A stretch of DNA of 64,000 bases, taken from assembly GCF_001194135.2 (NCBI RefSeq), contig NC_069005.1:30212486-30276485 (forward strand). The letters run 5' to 3'. Shown here piece by piece: positions 37,401 to 49,026 of the stretch. Source of the stretch: Octopus bimaculoides. Taxonomy: Eukaryota. Numbering within the stretch: position 1 is the stretch's first letter; every line of letters begins with the position of its first letter. The notes beneath the pieces are model-generated. The model saw only the letters and a list, made by a program, of their open reading frames with translations, was not told the origin of the DNA and ran no database searches. A program made the position numbers and the translations under genes.

Positions 37401-40400
37401 GGCGCTGACATTAAGTAAGTTATCACCAGAGTTTTTTTCACATCGTCAACTGCAGTTCAAACTGGAATTTTAGTCACATACTAATTTGAGCACTCAGATC
37501 ACATGTCTATTAGTTTGAGTCACCCTGTAGAAAAGAAACAAACTCCTCATATCTTATATTTATATCATCATCATCGTTGTTTAATGTCCGCTTTCCATGC
37601 TGGCATGGGTTGGACGGTTTGACTGAGGACTGGTGAACCAGAAGGCTGCACCAGGCTCCGGTCTGATCTGGCAAAGTTTCTACAGCTGGATGCCCTTCCT
37701 AACACCAACCACTCTGAGAGTGTAGTGTGTGCTTTTACGTGCCACTGGCACAAGGGCCAGTCAGGCGGTACTGGCAACAACCACACTCGAATGGTGTTTT
37801 TTACATGCTACCTGCACAGCTGCCAGTAAGGTGACGCTGGCAATGATCACACATACTTTCACCTTATACACACTACTCCTACACCCACACACATACATAG
37901 GGTTGGATTAGCCAGAGCTAGCTACTAGTGTAAGAGAATGGGTGCATATTTGAATTAATCATCAATGCTGCTGCTGCTACTGCTACTACTACTTCTACTA
38001 CTAAGCTGTAACTGTCTTTCGTGTTTGTCAGGTACTGCTGTGTGGAAACTGCAGACACCATGTACATATGTTGCGAGGAATTTGTCCCAACTCTTAAAGA
38101 CATACTGGCGTCGCCCACTGAGGTAACACTGACATTTGAAGGTGAGTTTCTCTCTCTCTCAGTCTCTTGCAAGTCGTCTTGTTGCATACACCAACACACA
38201 CACACACAGGCATACATACACGACACATTCACACACACACACACATACACTGATGCATACACACTGACACACACAAGCACTCGCACATGCACACTCATGC
38301 ATATACATGCACTGACACAAACGTTGACATTCACTAAGGAGACAACAAAACATCCAGATAGACGATACAAGGAAACAAGGTTGGATCATTCGGAGTTTTC
38401 TTTCCTCAGTCGAGTTCCAGATTATCTTTGCAATTTCCACTGGTTATACTCTAGATTGCTCCAATCTGGCCAGCCCCAAGGAAAAACTAAGCTAAGAGCA
38501 TTGGTTTCTTCCAAGGAATCTAATGCTCTTAGCTTAGTTTTTCCTTGGGGCTGGCCAGATTGGAGCAATCTCGAGTATAACCAGCCGAAATTGCAAAGAT
38601 AATCTGGAACTTGACTGAGGAAAGAAAACTCCGAATGACCCAACCTTGTTTTCTTTGAATCGTCTATCTGGATGTTTTGTTGTCCCTTTCTTGAATGACC
38701 TAACTGTCTGGATGTTTTGCGTTCTTGTCCCATTTTATATATATATATATATATAGCGGCGTACGTACAGTTTGGTCTCTTATATGTAAGTATATATATG
38801 TGAGTTTGAGCAGCAAACGACCATGTTATGTGTTCCAAGCACTTCTCTGCTTACTAAGTAAAAAATGCACATGGTCAGATGCTGCTGTATACGAACTTCA
38901 AAAAGCTAGTTAGATGACTCTTCAGTTTCAAATAAATTCCATCAACTGAGATAAAATCCACCCAAAAGAGAAGTGTTTCTTCATATTATGAACCCTTGGG
39001 AAGCTGAAAGGCAATGTTGTATGTGACAGGGTGACTGTATTTGACTACTACTACTCCTACTCCTACCATGACCACCACCACCACCACTACTGTTGTTGTA
39101 ATTAATGCTGTTTTTGTTGTTCAAAACCAGGTTCGAAGCTGTTGTCGATGACATACTGCCACCCACTCAACAACGAAGAACTGCCAGTATACTCAGCCAG
39201 TCATGTGACATCAACAAAGGGAACCGGCCTCGTCCATACAGCCCCAGCCCATGGACATGAGGACTTCCATCTTGCTATTGACCATGGACTATCTGTTGTA
39301 AGTACTGATGGGAAATTTATCAACTGACCGACCACATATGGTCACTGTCTTGCAAACATAACACACAATTGCACATGGTCACACATGGTCACCCTGTCAC
39401 ACACAGTCACACTTCATCATTCTATCACACAGTCACACACGGTCACTCTGTCACACAGGCAAACCTGCTCACCCTGTCACACAAGCCATGCATGGTCACC
39501 CTGTTACACACAGTTGCACTTCATTCTGTCACACAGTCATACATGGTCAGCTTGTCACACAATCACATATGGTCACCTTGTCACATTATTGTCGTTCATT
39601 GTACTGTAAATAAGCATTGTTCATTGTAGTGTAAATTAACGCTGTTCATCATACATCCAACACCTGGTTGCTGATACTCTATTTCCATCTTTAAATTCTT
39701 CTTTTCAGAAATCATTAATCAGGGAAGATGGCAGCTATTCACCAGAAGCAGGCCCTCAACTTGCTAACAAGGTCGTAGGGAAAGATGCCAATGAAACTGG
39801 TGTGTATACTATTGTATTTTCCACACTCTTTACATGTCAGTTTTGGGTAAAAGAAAATACAGGAGGATCAGTTAATTATGATTTTATTCAATGTATTCCC
39901 CTCTCAAAAGGGAATACATGGTGATCTTATATCAAGATAAATAGTGCATGACCTTGCAGGTGGAGGCACAGTTTGAATTTTCTTCGGGTCAAGTAGCCCA
40001 TCCCACTCAAAAGGTCTCTGAATAAGGGTTGCTTAAGGATGATGAACGAAGCACCCATGTTTTCAGAGGGGAATTATTCAAACCCCAAAGAATTCCTATG
40101 ATGCTATGATGCTCCCTCACTACTTCTGCTCATGATCAGAGATGCACATATCATCAGCTACTAAGGGAGATGCTCGTCTGGTTATGGTCAAGCAACTGAC
40201 AAGCAAATCTGTGGTATTGAGCAGAGTATTTGCTGTAGCCCATCTTTTTATACCAAGACAAAACATGTACATGATAACACTTCCAATCAGTTGACATCAG
40301 AAGCCATGAGAGCCAGTGCCTGGCTCTGTATCAAGGCATTTATAATTATTATCACTAATTCTAAATGCTAATTAGCAACAGCAGCAGCAGCATGCCTGAC

Positions 40401-41800
40401 AAAATGCTTCATGGCATTTCTTCAGGCTCTCTTTGTTCAAATTCTGCTGAAGTCAGCATTGCCTTTCATCCTTTCGTGGTTGGGGAAAACAAGTACCAGT
40501 CAAGTACTGGGGTCGATGNNNNNNNNNNNNNNNNNNNNNNNNNNNNNNNNNNNNNNNNNNNNNNNNNNNNNNNNNNNNNNNNNNNNNNNNNATGAAATTT
40601 CATGTGTTGATTCTAGAAATAATAATTATTGTTGTTATTGTTGTTGTTGTTCTACTTTGTGTCAGTTTTGGAATTACTGGGAGATCATGTGATTAAAGTG
40701 GAGGACTTCGCTCACAGTTACCCTTACGATTGGCGCACCAACCAGCCTGTGATCATACGAGCTAGTCTTCAATGGTTTGTGGACACCAGCTCTGTGAAGG
40801 AGACTGCAATTGTAAGTAGAACTTGATGCATTTAAGGGACAAAGGTGGACTTGTGGGAAGATGATAAGCTTGTGGGAGGTTGGACAGACTTGTGGGAGGT
40901 TGAGTGGTCTTGTGGGAAAGTGGATTGTGGGAAGATGATAAGCTTGTGGGAGGTTGGACAGACTTGTGGGAGGTTGAGTGGGCTTGTGGGAAAGTGGATT
41001 GTGGGAGGAGGCTGTGGACTTGTGGACTTGTGGAAAGGTGGTGGGCTTCCTGTCAATGTAATTAATATATTTCAATATAAAACCTTGTTAAATTACTTCT
41101 TGTGGTTCTTATCTGACTTTTATCTCCTCACTTTGCTTTTTTCTTTCTGTTTCTCTCACTTATGCAATTTCTCTCTCTCTTTCTCTCTCTCTCTCATTTT
41201 CTCTCTGTCACACCTATATCCACTCTATCACACATGCAATAATTCTCTCTTTCTCACACATATTTCTGTCTTATTCTCTCTCTCTCTCTCATCTACACTA
41301 TTCCTCTCTCACTTATCCTCTCCCTCCTATCAACTGTCATTTCTCTTACTCACTCCCTCACATTCTCTTATAATAAACTTCTATTCTCTCATTCCTTCCT
41401 GTTCCTTCACCCCTCACATCAATTCTCATTTCTGTCACACCCATCCTCGTCTCTCAATCATTCCTTTCTCTCTCTCTCTCTCAAACACACACACTCCCAT
41501 ACTCATCTTTTCTCTCTCTCTCTCTCCCCCCTCACATACACTTGTCACTTACTCACACACTATCCACTTCTCTTTCTCTCTCTCTCTTCACAGAAATGTC
41601 TCGATTCTGTCAACATCTACCCCAAGTCATCACAGAACAGTATGCTGTCCCAGCTAGAATCCAGGACTTACTGGTGCATCTCTCGTCAGAGGTCTTGGGG
41701 GCTGCCCATTCCTGTCTTTTATTGTCGTTCTACTGGAAAACCCTTCATTACAGTGTAATTATTTGACTCCAACTTTATTTCTATCATCAGCATCATTATT

Positions 41801-41834
<34 letters not shown>

Positions 41835-44258
41835 TGTGTGTGTATCATCATCGTCATCATCATCATCAGCTTCCAGTAACCGGGACCTTGTCTATGGAGG
41901 TGACCTGAAAATCTCGCGTTCGTAACACGTAACGGCTTCTCACACATACCTGTTCAGTGGTAGCACGACATCTTAACAGCAAGAATAACTTGCATCACCA
42001 GCAAAATCTAGGTCTGTAATTTTAGTTTCAGCCTTGAGTGCACAGCAATTCAATAGAGCCGCCACTCAACCAAATGTCCACTCCACATAGGAATTGAACA
42101 GAGTGCGATATACCGTGCTTGAGAAGCCCTGTCAAGCCAAGTGATATCATAGTCATGGCCAATGCTGGAAGGCTTGTCAGATCACAAAGGATATGATCTC
42201 TCTCCTGTATGAATGCGTTTGTGTTTTGTTAAGTCATTACTGAAGCTATAGTGCATAGGTTCTCAAAGTGGGTGCTACTGCCCCCCCCCCCTGGTGGGCA
42301 TTGAGAGGGTTCAGGTGGTGGTCCCAAAAGTTTGAGAACTTCTGCTACAGTGGAAGACACTTGCCCAAGGTGCCATGTAGTGGGACTGAACTCAGTACCA
42401 TACGGTACAGAAGCAAACTTCTTACCACACAGCCACACCTGGGCACGTATCTGAATGGAAGTGAGAGAGTTTGTATTTGTAATGTTTAATGTATGTCCTA
42501 TAATAATTGCTGTTGTTGTTGTTGTTATCTCTTACAGAGACAGTGTGAACCACATCTCTAAGTTATTCCTTGAACATGGCACTGACGTTTGGTGGAAGAT
42601 GTCTACAGAGGAACTGTTACCTGAGTCTGTTCTACAGAAGGTAGTGTTATAGTTGTATTGGTCTGTTGTGGTATATTGTATGTGTTTTTCTCTCTTTTTT
42701 GTTTTCTATCTGTTGTCTCTGAAGTCTTTATCGTCATTTATTTCCTCTTGTCTTCCAGAGTGGTATAAAGAATTCTTCTGGTTTTGTGAAAGGGGAAGAT
42801 ATTTTGGACATATGGTTCGATAGTGGTGTCTCTTGGGCCTGCATCTTACAAGGTAACATTTGTTGTAATTGTTGTTGCTGGTGGTGGTGGTGGTGGTGGT
42901 GGTGGTGGCAGTGATGGTTGGCTTCCAGGGTCTGACATCAGCGGGCAGATCCAAGATCAAAGTTATATCATCCATGACCATCCTGTCTTTTAGTTTCTGA
43001 AGAAGCCAGCATTGTCCAATGTCTTTTATTCAACTTTCGGATNNNNNNNNNNNNNNNNNNNNNNNNNNNNNNNNNNNNNNNNNNNNNNNNNNNNNNNNNN
43101 NNNNNNNNNNNNNNNNNNNNNNNNNNNNNNNNNNNNNNNNNNNNNNNNNNNNNNNNNNNNNNNNNNNNNNNNNNNNNNNNNNNNNNNNNNNNNNNNNNNN
43201 NNNNNNNNNNNNNNNNNNNNNNNNNNNNNNNNNNNNNNNNNNNNNNNNNNNNNNNNNNNNNNNNNNNNNNNNNNNNNCCTCCTCGTCCTCCTCCTCCTCG
43301 TCCTCCTCCTCCTCGTCCTCCTCCTCCTCGTCCTCCTCCTCCTGGTGGGTGAAGTAAACTTACCTATATGGGGAATACCTTTAAGAAATCTGTATAGGAT
43401 TGTCAACCTTTGAATTAGAATGTGTAAGTCAACCAAATGCACAACCCTTTTATATCAAAGGACCCTAAGACACTTATTCAGCAGAAACATGAATTGAAAT
43501 GTAAGAAGATGTCAATAAATCAAGTACCAGTTGAGTGCTGAGGTCAATGTGATCGACTGTCCCCCTCTCCACAAAATCCAGGCCTTGTGCCTATAGTAGA
43601 AAGAATTGTAAGCTTGTTGGACAAAATGTTTTGTGAAATTTCTTGACTCTTTATGTTCCTAGTTCCAAGACCCCAAGGTCAACTTTCAAAGCAGCGACCT
43701 GGCAGAATCGTTAGCATGTTGGACAGAATGCTAAGTGACATTTTGTCCTTCTTTACAAAGTTCAAATTCTACCAAGGTTGCCTTTCACCCTTTTGGGATC
43801 AATGAAATATTTATCAGTTGACCACAGCGATCAATATAACTGATTAGCCCCACTATCACCCTGCAAAAGTTTCAGGCATTGTGCCTATAGTAGAAAGGGT
43901 ATTTAGCTAAATCCCATAATCTTCTTTCTGTACAAGTTCTCTGTGAGTTGACTTGGCCCTTCATTGCCCTTTCAGAGTCATTTAGATAAGTACCTGCTTT
44001 ATATTAATGTTTGTTCATTCGACTTCTAGTTTATAACCTGTGACCTTGTCTTCCATGTTTAACTTCCATATTTGTTTTACATTTGGCCTCTCTATCTACA
44101 GATTCTAATGAAGAAGCTGATGTCTATTTGGAGGGACTTGACCAGTTTGGGGGCTGGTTTTTGTCCTCTCTTCTCACCAGTGTGGCCCTCAATGAAAAAC
44201 CTCCTTTCAAGTGAGTTATCCCGTATTTGAAATTATTTTTTTTTATTATTATCTTGAT

Positions 44259-44339
<81 letters not shown>

Positions 44340-45246
44340 ACACACACACACACAAACACACACAAACACACACGTGTGCATATGCACACAATTTTCAGCT
44401 ACGAAATTCGTTGACAAGGCATTGATTAGCTGTAGAGTATAGTAGAAGACACTTGCCCAAGGTGCTGTGCATTGTGATTGAACCTGAAACTACATAATTG
44501 CAAAACAAGCTTTAAACCACACAGCCATGACTGCACTTGAACAAATATTCTTTCAACACATTTTATAGAACATTAGCTATGGGCACTTTTATGTAGCTCT
44601 TCCATTGTATGTGCATTCACTTACAGGCCCCTGTTAAACGTCAGGTGTATATAGCTGCAGGTGTAGGTGTATATAGCGGTACACAATCAACTGCATCACT
44701 GCACTACCATCTGTGCTGTTATTGTTGTTGTCTTTACAGGTCTCTTGTGGTTCATGGGTTCACAGTTGATGCGGAGGGCAAGAAAATGTCCAAATCTGTC
44801 GGAAATGTCATAGATCCAATGGATATTGTGGATGGATCCAAGGTATGTACATTTGGCTTACATGTGATGTTATACGTCCTCACTAATCCTTATTTCATCA
44901 GACCCTACTTCTTATAAACATTTGTCCATCCTGTGCTGCTGTGGTTGCCAGCCTCCTACTTCTATCCAACAACAATTTACTCTTCTCCTCCCCTTCCTCC
45001 ACCTCCTCATCTCCTCCTCCTCCGCTTCCGCCTCCTCCTCCTCCAATAGATAGCCTCTCATCACTGACTTTGTATTTTTTGTGGGTTTCTTTCATTTCAG
45101 GCCAGTGGTATTCCATCCTATGGAGCTGATGTCCTGCGATGGTGGGTGGCCAGTTCGGGACTACAGAGTAACATTCCCATCGGAAGTTCAATCCTCAGCA
45201 GGTGTAACGAGGAAGTATTTCGGGTGAGTGAGAATGAAAATTTCCC

Positions 45247-45279
<33 letters not shown>

Positions 45280-46120
45280 GCACTTTCTACTTTAGGCACA
45301 AGGCCTGAAATATTTTGTAGAGGGGTGCTGTCACTTACATCGACCTCAGTACTCCACTGGTACTTATTTTATTGGCCCTCAGAGGATGGCAGGTAAAGTT
45401 GACTTTGGCGAAATTTGAACTCAGAATGTAGATGGACAAAATGCCACTAAGCATTTTGCCTGGTATTCTAATGATCCTGTCAGCTTCTCACTTGTCATAT
45501 ATGTATATATATGTGTGTGATATGTGTGTATGTAAGGAGTACATTTGTTGGTGTGCCTGTGTCTGTTACATACATGTAACATGAAGATGTAACATAATGT
45601 TGCTTGTTTTTTGTTTGTTGTTGCAGTTACGTAAGACTTGCCGGTTCCTGTTGGGTAATCTGTGGGATTTCACACCTGAGAAACACAGCGTCTCCTACAA
45701 CCAGCTGCTTGCACAGGACAGCTATATGTTGCACCTGCTGCATGACTTTGCACTCAAGGTAAGGATACATGTGTGTGTGTGTGCGTGTGTCTAGTTGTAA
45801 GAGGAAGAGTGTACACACACACACTTCCTCATACAACTAGACTCTTCTCCACTACACATACATATATACATACACCCACACATACATGTACACATACATA
45901 CACACCGATGACTGGCGCCCATGCCAGTGGAGCGCTAACAGCTCCATCCGATGATGATGATGACGATGAGATGTATGTGTCTATTGCAGGTGATCCAACT
46001 TTATGCTGACCATCGTTACAATAAGGTCACTTCTATTGTTGACCGCTTCATCAGTGCCGATGTATCCAGTTTCTACAGCTCCGTTATCAAAGACAGGTAT
46101 AAAATCCTCTCTGTCTCTCT

Positions 46121-46173
<53 letters not shown>

Positions 46174-47025
46174 NNNNNNNNNNNNNNNNNNNNNNNNNNN
46201 NNNNNNNNNNNNNNNNNNNNNNNNNNNNNNNNNNNNNNNNNNNNNNNNNNNNNNNNNNNNNNNNNNNNNNNNNNNNNNNNNNNNNNNNNNNNNNNNNNNN
46301 NNNNNNNNNNNNNNNNNNNNNNNNNNNNNNNNNNNNNNNNNNNNNNNNNNNNNNNNNNNNNNNNNNNNNNNNNNNNNNNNNNNNNNNNNNNNNNNNNNNN
46401 NNNNNNNNNNNNNNNNNNNNNNNNNNNNNNNNNNNNNNNNNNATATATGTATATATATATAGTGCAGGTGACACGTAAAAGCACCTACTACACTCTTTGA
46501 GTGGTTGGCGTTAGGAAGGGCATCCAGCTGTAGAAACTCTGCCAAATTTAGATTGGAGCCTGGTGTTGCCATCCAGTTTCACCAGTCCTCAGTCAAATCG
46601 TCCAACCCATGCTAGCATGGAAAGCGGACGTTTAAACGATGATGATGATGATGATATAGTGTATATATATGTATATATATATAGTGTATATATATGTATA
46701 CTGTATAAGCCTATCCTTGCAGGTGCTACTGTGACAGTAGAGACAGCCGAGAGAGAAGGTCCTGCCAGACAGTCCAGTACCATGTATTAGATGTTCTGAT
46801 TAGGCTTTTGGCACCAATTCTGCCACACTTTGCTGAGGAAGTCTTCCAATATTTACCAAAACTACAACACCAACAAGGTAACAAACATCAGTTTCCTTTC
46901 CTCCCATGTCAGTCTCTCCTTTCCCTGCATGCCTCTCTGTCTATATTGCTGTTTGCCTGTCTCCCAGCCACTGTTACTCACCTACCTACCTACCTACCTA
47001 CCAATCTGCCTTCCTTCCTACCCTA

Positions 47026-47060
<35 letters not shown>

Positions 47061-49026
47061 TACACACACACACACATACACACACACACATACACACACA
47101 CACATACACACACAAATGAATAGAGTTTCAGAGCTGCTTATGATGCAAACCCGTCAAACTTTTCCCTATTTTAAAAGAAGGCTTTTTTTCCATTTGAACC
47201 ATAAATAGATTTATATAACCTTTTCAATTTCCATTCAGCTTCACTCAGAATCCCTGGGATGGGCAAGGTGGGAGATAAAATCACCTTCATCACCATCATC
47301 ATCATCATCATCATCGTCACCAAAACCATCACCATCAGCACTACACTATCGTCCCTCTGCTACTACAAAGGTGAAGCTGGTATAAATAAATTGCTAACCA
47401 CTTCCTTTTTTTAATTTTTATTCCATTTCATGTCCCCAGATTGTAACAGTCTGTTCAAGACTACAGGCCACAACATCAACCCAGAATGGGAAGATTTAGC
47501 AGGTTACCACAGTTTTCAACCAAGTCTGCAGATCAAGGCCCGGTTCAACGAAATGATTGGTCCAGAGACCCCTTCCTCCTTTGACGTCATCATCTGGGCT
47601 TCTGGTGACCTTTACGATAACCTTAAGGTGAGTCCACACACACACACACACACACTATACATGTAGGTATATATCTGCATCACCAACACTCTCTATTTCT
47701 CTTTCTCTCTGTGTCTCAGTCATTCTCTCTACCTCTCCTTCCTCTCCTCTCTTTTCCTACTGGGGTAGCCAAATATGTCCTCTGTAGAACACACCTATCT
47801 CTATTCCTCTATTATAATCTAACCTTCCACACCGGCTCAAAAGCTACTTCCTGTGGTTCCACTCCCTTTTCCAGCTGAGAGGTCTTCGTCTCACAAGTTA
47901 TTTGGCGACCCCACTGGTGTTGGTGCCCTGTAAAAAGCATCAGTGCTGGTTCCACTGGCAAAAGAGACTGATAAAATAAGTACTAGGCTTGCAAAAGAAG
48001 AAGTCCTGGGGTTGATTTCTTCAATTAAAAACCTTTTAATGCAGTGCTCCAGCATGGCCGCATGGGCGTGTTTATGTGGCACTGCCACGAGTGCTTTACA
48101 CCATCAGAAGGATCAGTCTTAACACTTCTGCTGCGGAGCATGGGTCTTCGTTAGTATGGCAATGTGCCAGGCATCTCGGCCCTTCGTCATTTTGCCTGAA
48201 AGCTTCAGCATCTCGAGGTCGTTCTTCAGTACTTCATCCCATGTCTTCCTGGGTCTCCCTCTTCCACATGTTCCATACACCCCCCCCACACACACACACA
48301 TGCACATATACATATCCACACGTTCTGTTTGTTTCCAGGTGTTACAGCCCACCAATGTATCGACTAATTCTACCCTTGTGGAGGTCTTGCAAGCGTCACA
48401 AGTTTCCCTTAGCAACCAGAGACTGGATTCTGCCATGGACGACGTTGAATTGGTAACTGCCTCTTGCTCGTTATATAAACCAGGTGAGATCTTCCTTTTA
48501 ATCCCCACTCAACTCAAACACACACTCATCATCATCATCATCGTTTAACGTCCGCTCAACTCCACCACCATAACCCCGCCACACTACTTACTACATTGCA
48601 GAATCTTTGACTTGGTAAGTCCAGGGTACCCTCTACTTTGAAATCCACCATAGGAACTCCCTATAGGAAAGTGGAGTGGAGTGGCTGTGTAGTAAGACAT
48701 TTATTTCCCAACCACATGGTTCCAGGTTCAGTCCCAGTGTGTAACACCTTGGGTTGGTGTCTTCTACAACAGGACGTTTTTGTTTTTATTCTCATTTATT
48801 TATTTTTAAATGTTTTTTTTTGTTTTCTTTTTAACTCTCTCTCCCTTTTTTTTTGTTTGTTTATTTCTCTCCAGACACGGATGCAACCGAGAAGCATGAC
48901 TATGTGATGGGAGTGTTGCCTTGCCAACTCTACATGTGCACCAGATGTCGCAGATCTGTGGCTAAATCGTCGGCCCTAAAGTTCTGTTCTCGATGTGCAG
49001 ATGTCATAGCTGAAGACTACCAATGA
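29537..49026 (+). CDS. IARS2: Isoleucine--tRNA ligase, mitochondrial; 23 exons, 3018 nt, 1005 aa
   Basis: All 23 exons splice GT-AG in frame. Motifs: presequence ending RGY|S; [16 protein letters not shown] (HIGH, 31610-31621); [10 protein letters not shown]; editing-domain [11 protein letters not shown] and [15 protein letters not shown]; [14 protein letters not shown]; DIWFDSG; KMSKS (44783-44797); YGADVLRWW; C-terminal CTRC...CSRC Zn finger. This is the bacterial/mitochondrial-type architecture. Confidence 0.97.
31511..31633 (+). CDS. IARS2: IARS2 exon 2
   Basis: [11 protein letters not shown]...[20 protein letters not shown]; AG/GT, phase 0-0. Confidence 0.97.
32488..32647 (+). CDS. IARS2: IARS2 exon 3
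   Basis: [10 protein letters not shown]...[14 protein letters not shown]...TIRDR; phase 0-1. Confidence 0.97.
33479..33627 (+). CDS. IARS2: IARS2 exon 4
   Basis: [36 protein letters not shown]...YKK; phase 1-0. Confidence 0.97.
34021..34166 (+). mobile_element. hAT (Charlie/MER1-like) fragment, right end
   Basis: Aligns to 11590-11713 and continues to the terminus GGTCTCTGGCCCGGTGATTGGGG. Confidence 0.6.
34185..34407 (+). mobile_element. piggyBac-type MITE
   Basis: TTTA|CCCTTTAACATT...AATTCTAAGGGGA|TTAA; homologous to 10581-10780. Confidence 0.7.
34602..34651 (+). CDS. IARS2: IARS2 exon 5
   Basis: [16 protein letters not shown](R); phase 0-2. Confidence 0.95.
35030..35400 (+). mobile_element. 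RTE LINE 3' end (family R), sense
   Basis: Decayed ORF2 end ([13 protein letters not shown]), 3' UTR and (GAT)n tail. Confidence 0.75.
35689..35801 (+). CDS. IARS2: IARS2 exon 6
   Basis: [23 protein letters not shown]...LSE; phase 2-1. Confidence 0.95.
35945..36219 (-). mobile_element. Family R copy folded back on itself (perfect 91-bp inverted repeat)
   Basis: Arms 36026-36116 and 36129-36219 are exact reverse complements, with loop TGCTTTTACGTT. Confidence 0.8.
36415..36990 (-). mobile_element. ~570-bp interspersed repeat with AAT tail (unclassified retroelement)
   Basis: A second, truncated copy at 39915-40340 aligns along its whole length (CATGGTGATCT.ATATCA.GATAAA...GCCATGAGAGCCA.TGCCTGG). 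Confidence 0.75.
37318..37414 (+). CDS. IARS2: IARS2 exon 7
   Basis: [31 protein letters not shown]; phase 1-2. Confidence 0.95.
38032..38141 (+). CDS. IARS2: IARS2 exon 8
   Basis: [36 protein letters not shown]; phase 2-1, donor GTGAGT. Confidence 0.93.
38341..38684. repeat. Long near-perfect foldback in IARS2 intron 8
   Basis: Arms of ~170 bp pair almost to the centre (TTCTTCCAAGGAA), with ~10 substitutions and 1 indel by manual alignment. Confidence 0.95.
39131..39297 (+). CDS. IARS2: IARS2 exon 9
   Basis: [12 protein letters not shown]...[17 protein letters not shown]...LSV; phase 1-0. Confidence 0.97.
39345..39590. repeat. Degenerate GTCAC-rich minisatellite (IARS2 intron 9)
   Basis: Recurrent CATGGTCACCCTGTCACACA(CA)GTCA-like units. 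Confidence 0.75.
39709..39799 (+). CDS. IARS2: IARS2 exon 10
   Basis: [30 protein letters not shown]; phase 0-1. Confidence 0.93.
40666..40811 (+). CDS. IARS2: IARS2 exon 11
   Basis: [38 protein letters not shown]...TAI; phase 1-0. Confidence 0.97.
40848..41040. repeat. G-rich minisatellite with 74-bp higher-order period (IARS2 intron 11)
   Basis: About 10 (C/A)TTGTGGGA cores; ATGATAAGCT recurs at 40861 and 40935. Confidence 0.9.
41594..41754 (+). CDS. IARS2: IARS2 exon 12
   Basis: [10 protein letters not shown]...[20 protein letters not shown]...FIT. The frame requires the ACAGT|GTAATT donor (phase 2). Confidence 0.93.
42538..42640 (+). CDS. IARS2: IARS2 exon 13
   Basis: [34 protein letters not shown]; phase 2-0. 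Confidence 0.95.
42759..42852 (+). CDS. IARS2: IARS2 exon 14
   Basis: [31 protein letters not shown]; phase 0-1. Confidence 0.96.
44102..44210 (+). CDS. IARS2: IARS2 exon 15
   Basis: [35 protein letters not shown]; phase 1-2. Confidence 0.97.
44740..44842 (+). CDS. IARS2: IARS2 exon 16
   Basis: [34 protein letters not shown]; phase 2-0. Confidence 0.98.
45101..45223 (+). CDS. IARS2: IARS2 exon 17
   Basis: [18 protein letters not shown]...EEVFR; phase 0-0. Confidence 0.97.
45627..45758 (+). CDS. IARS2: IARS2 exon 18
   Basis: [15 protein letters not shown]...[14 protein letters not shown]; phase 0-0. Confidence 0.97.
45990..46096 (+). CDS. IARS2: IARS2 exon 19
   Basis: [13 protein letters not shown]...[11 protein letters not shown](R); phase 0-2. 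Confidence 0.96.
46723..46877 (+). CDS. IARS2: IARS2 exon 20
   Basis: [16 protein letters not shown]...[17 protein letters not shown]...; phase 2-1. Confidence 0.97.
47440..47627 (+). CDS. IARS2: IARS2 exon 21
   Basis: [16 protein letters not shown]...DLYDNLK; phase 1-0, donor GTGAGT. Confidence 0.92.
48110..48270 (-). mobile_element. RTE LINE ORF2 C-terminal remnant
   Basis: [42 protein letters not shown]. Confidence 0.8.
48339..48483 (+). CDS. IARS2: IARS2 exon 22
   Basis: [24 protein letters not shown]...YKP; phase 0-1. Confidence 0.9.
48875..49026 (+). CDS. IARS2: IARS2 exon 23 (terminal)
   Basis: ...[31 protein letters not shown]; C-terminal Zn-binding motif. Confidence 0.95.

Noticed and set aside
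38021-38602. 193-aa ORF
   Set aside because: IARS2 exon 8 read through its GTGAGT donor into (CA)n and the foldback.
40845-41657. 270-aa ORF
   Set aside because: Made of the G-rich minisatellite and a CT-rich tract inside IARS2 intron 11.
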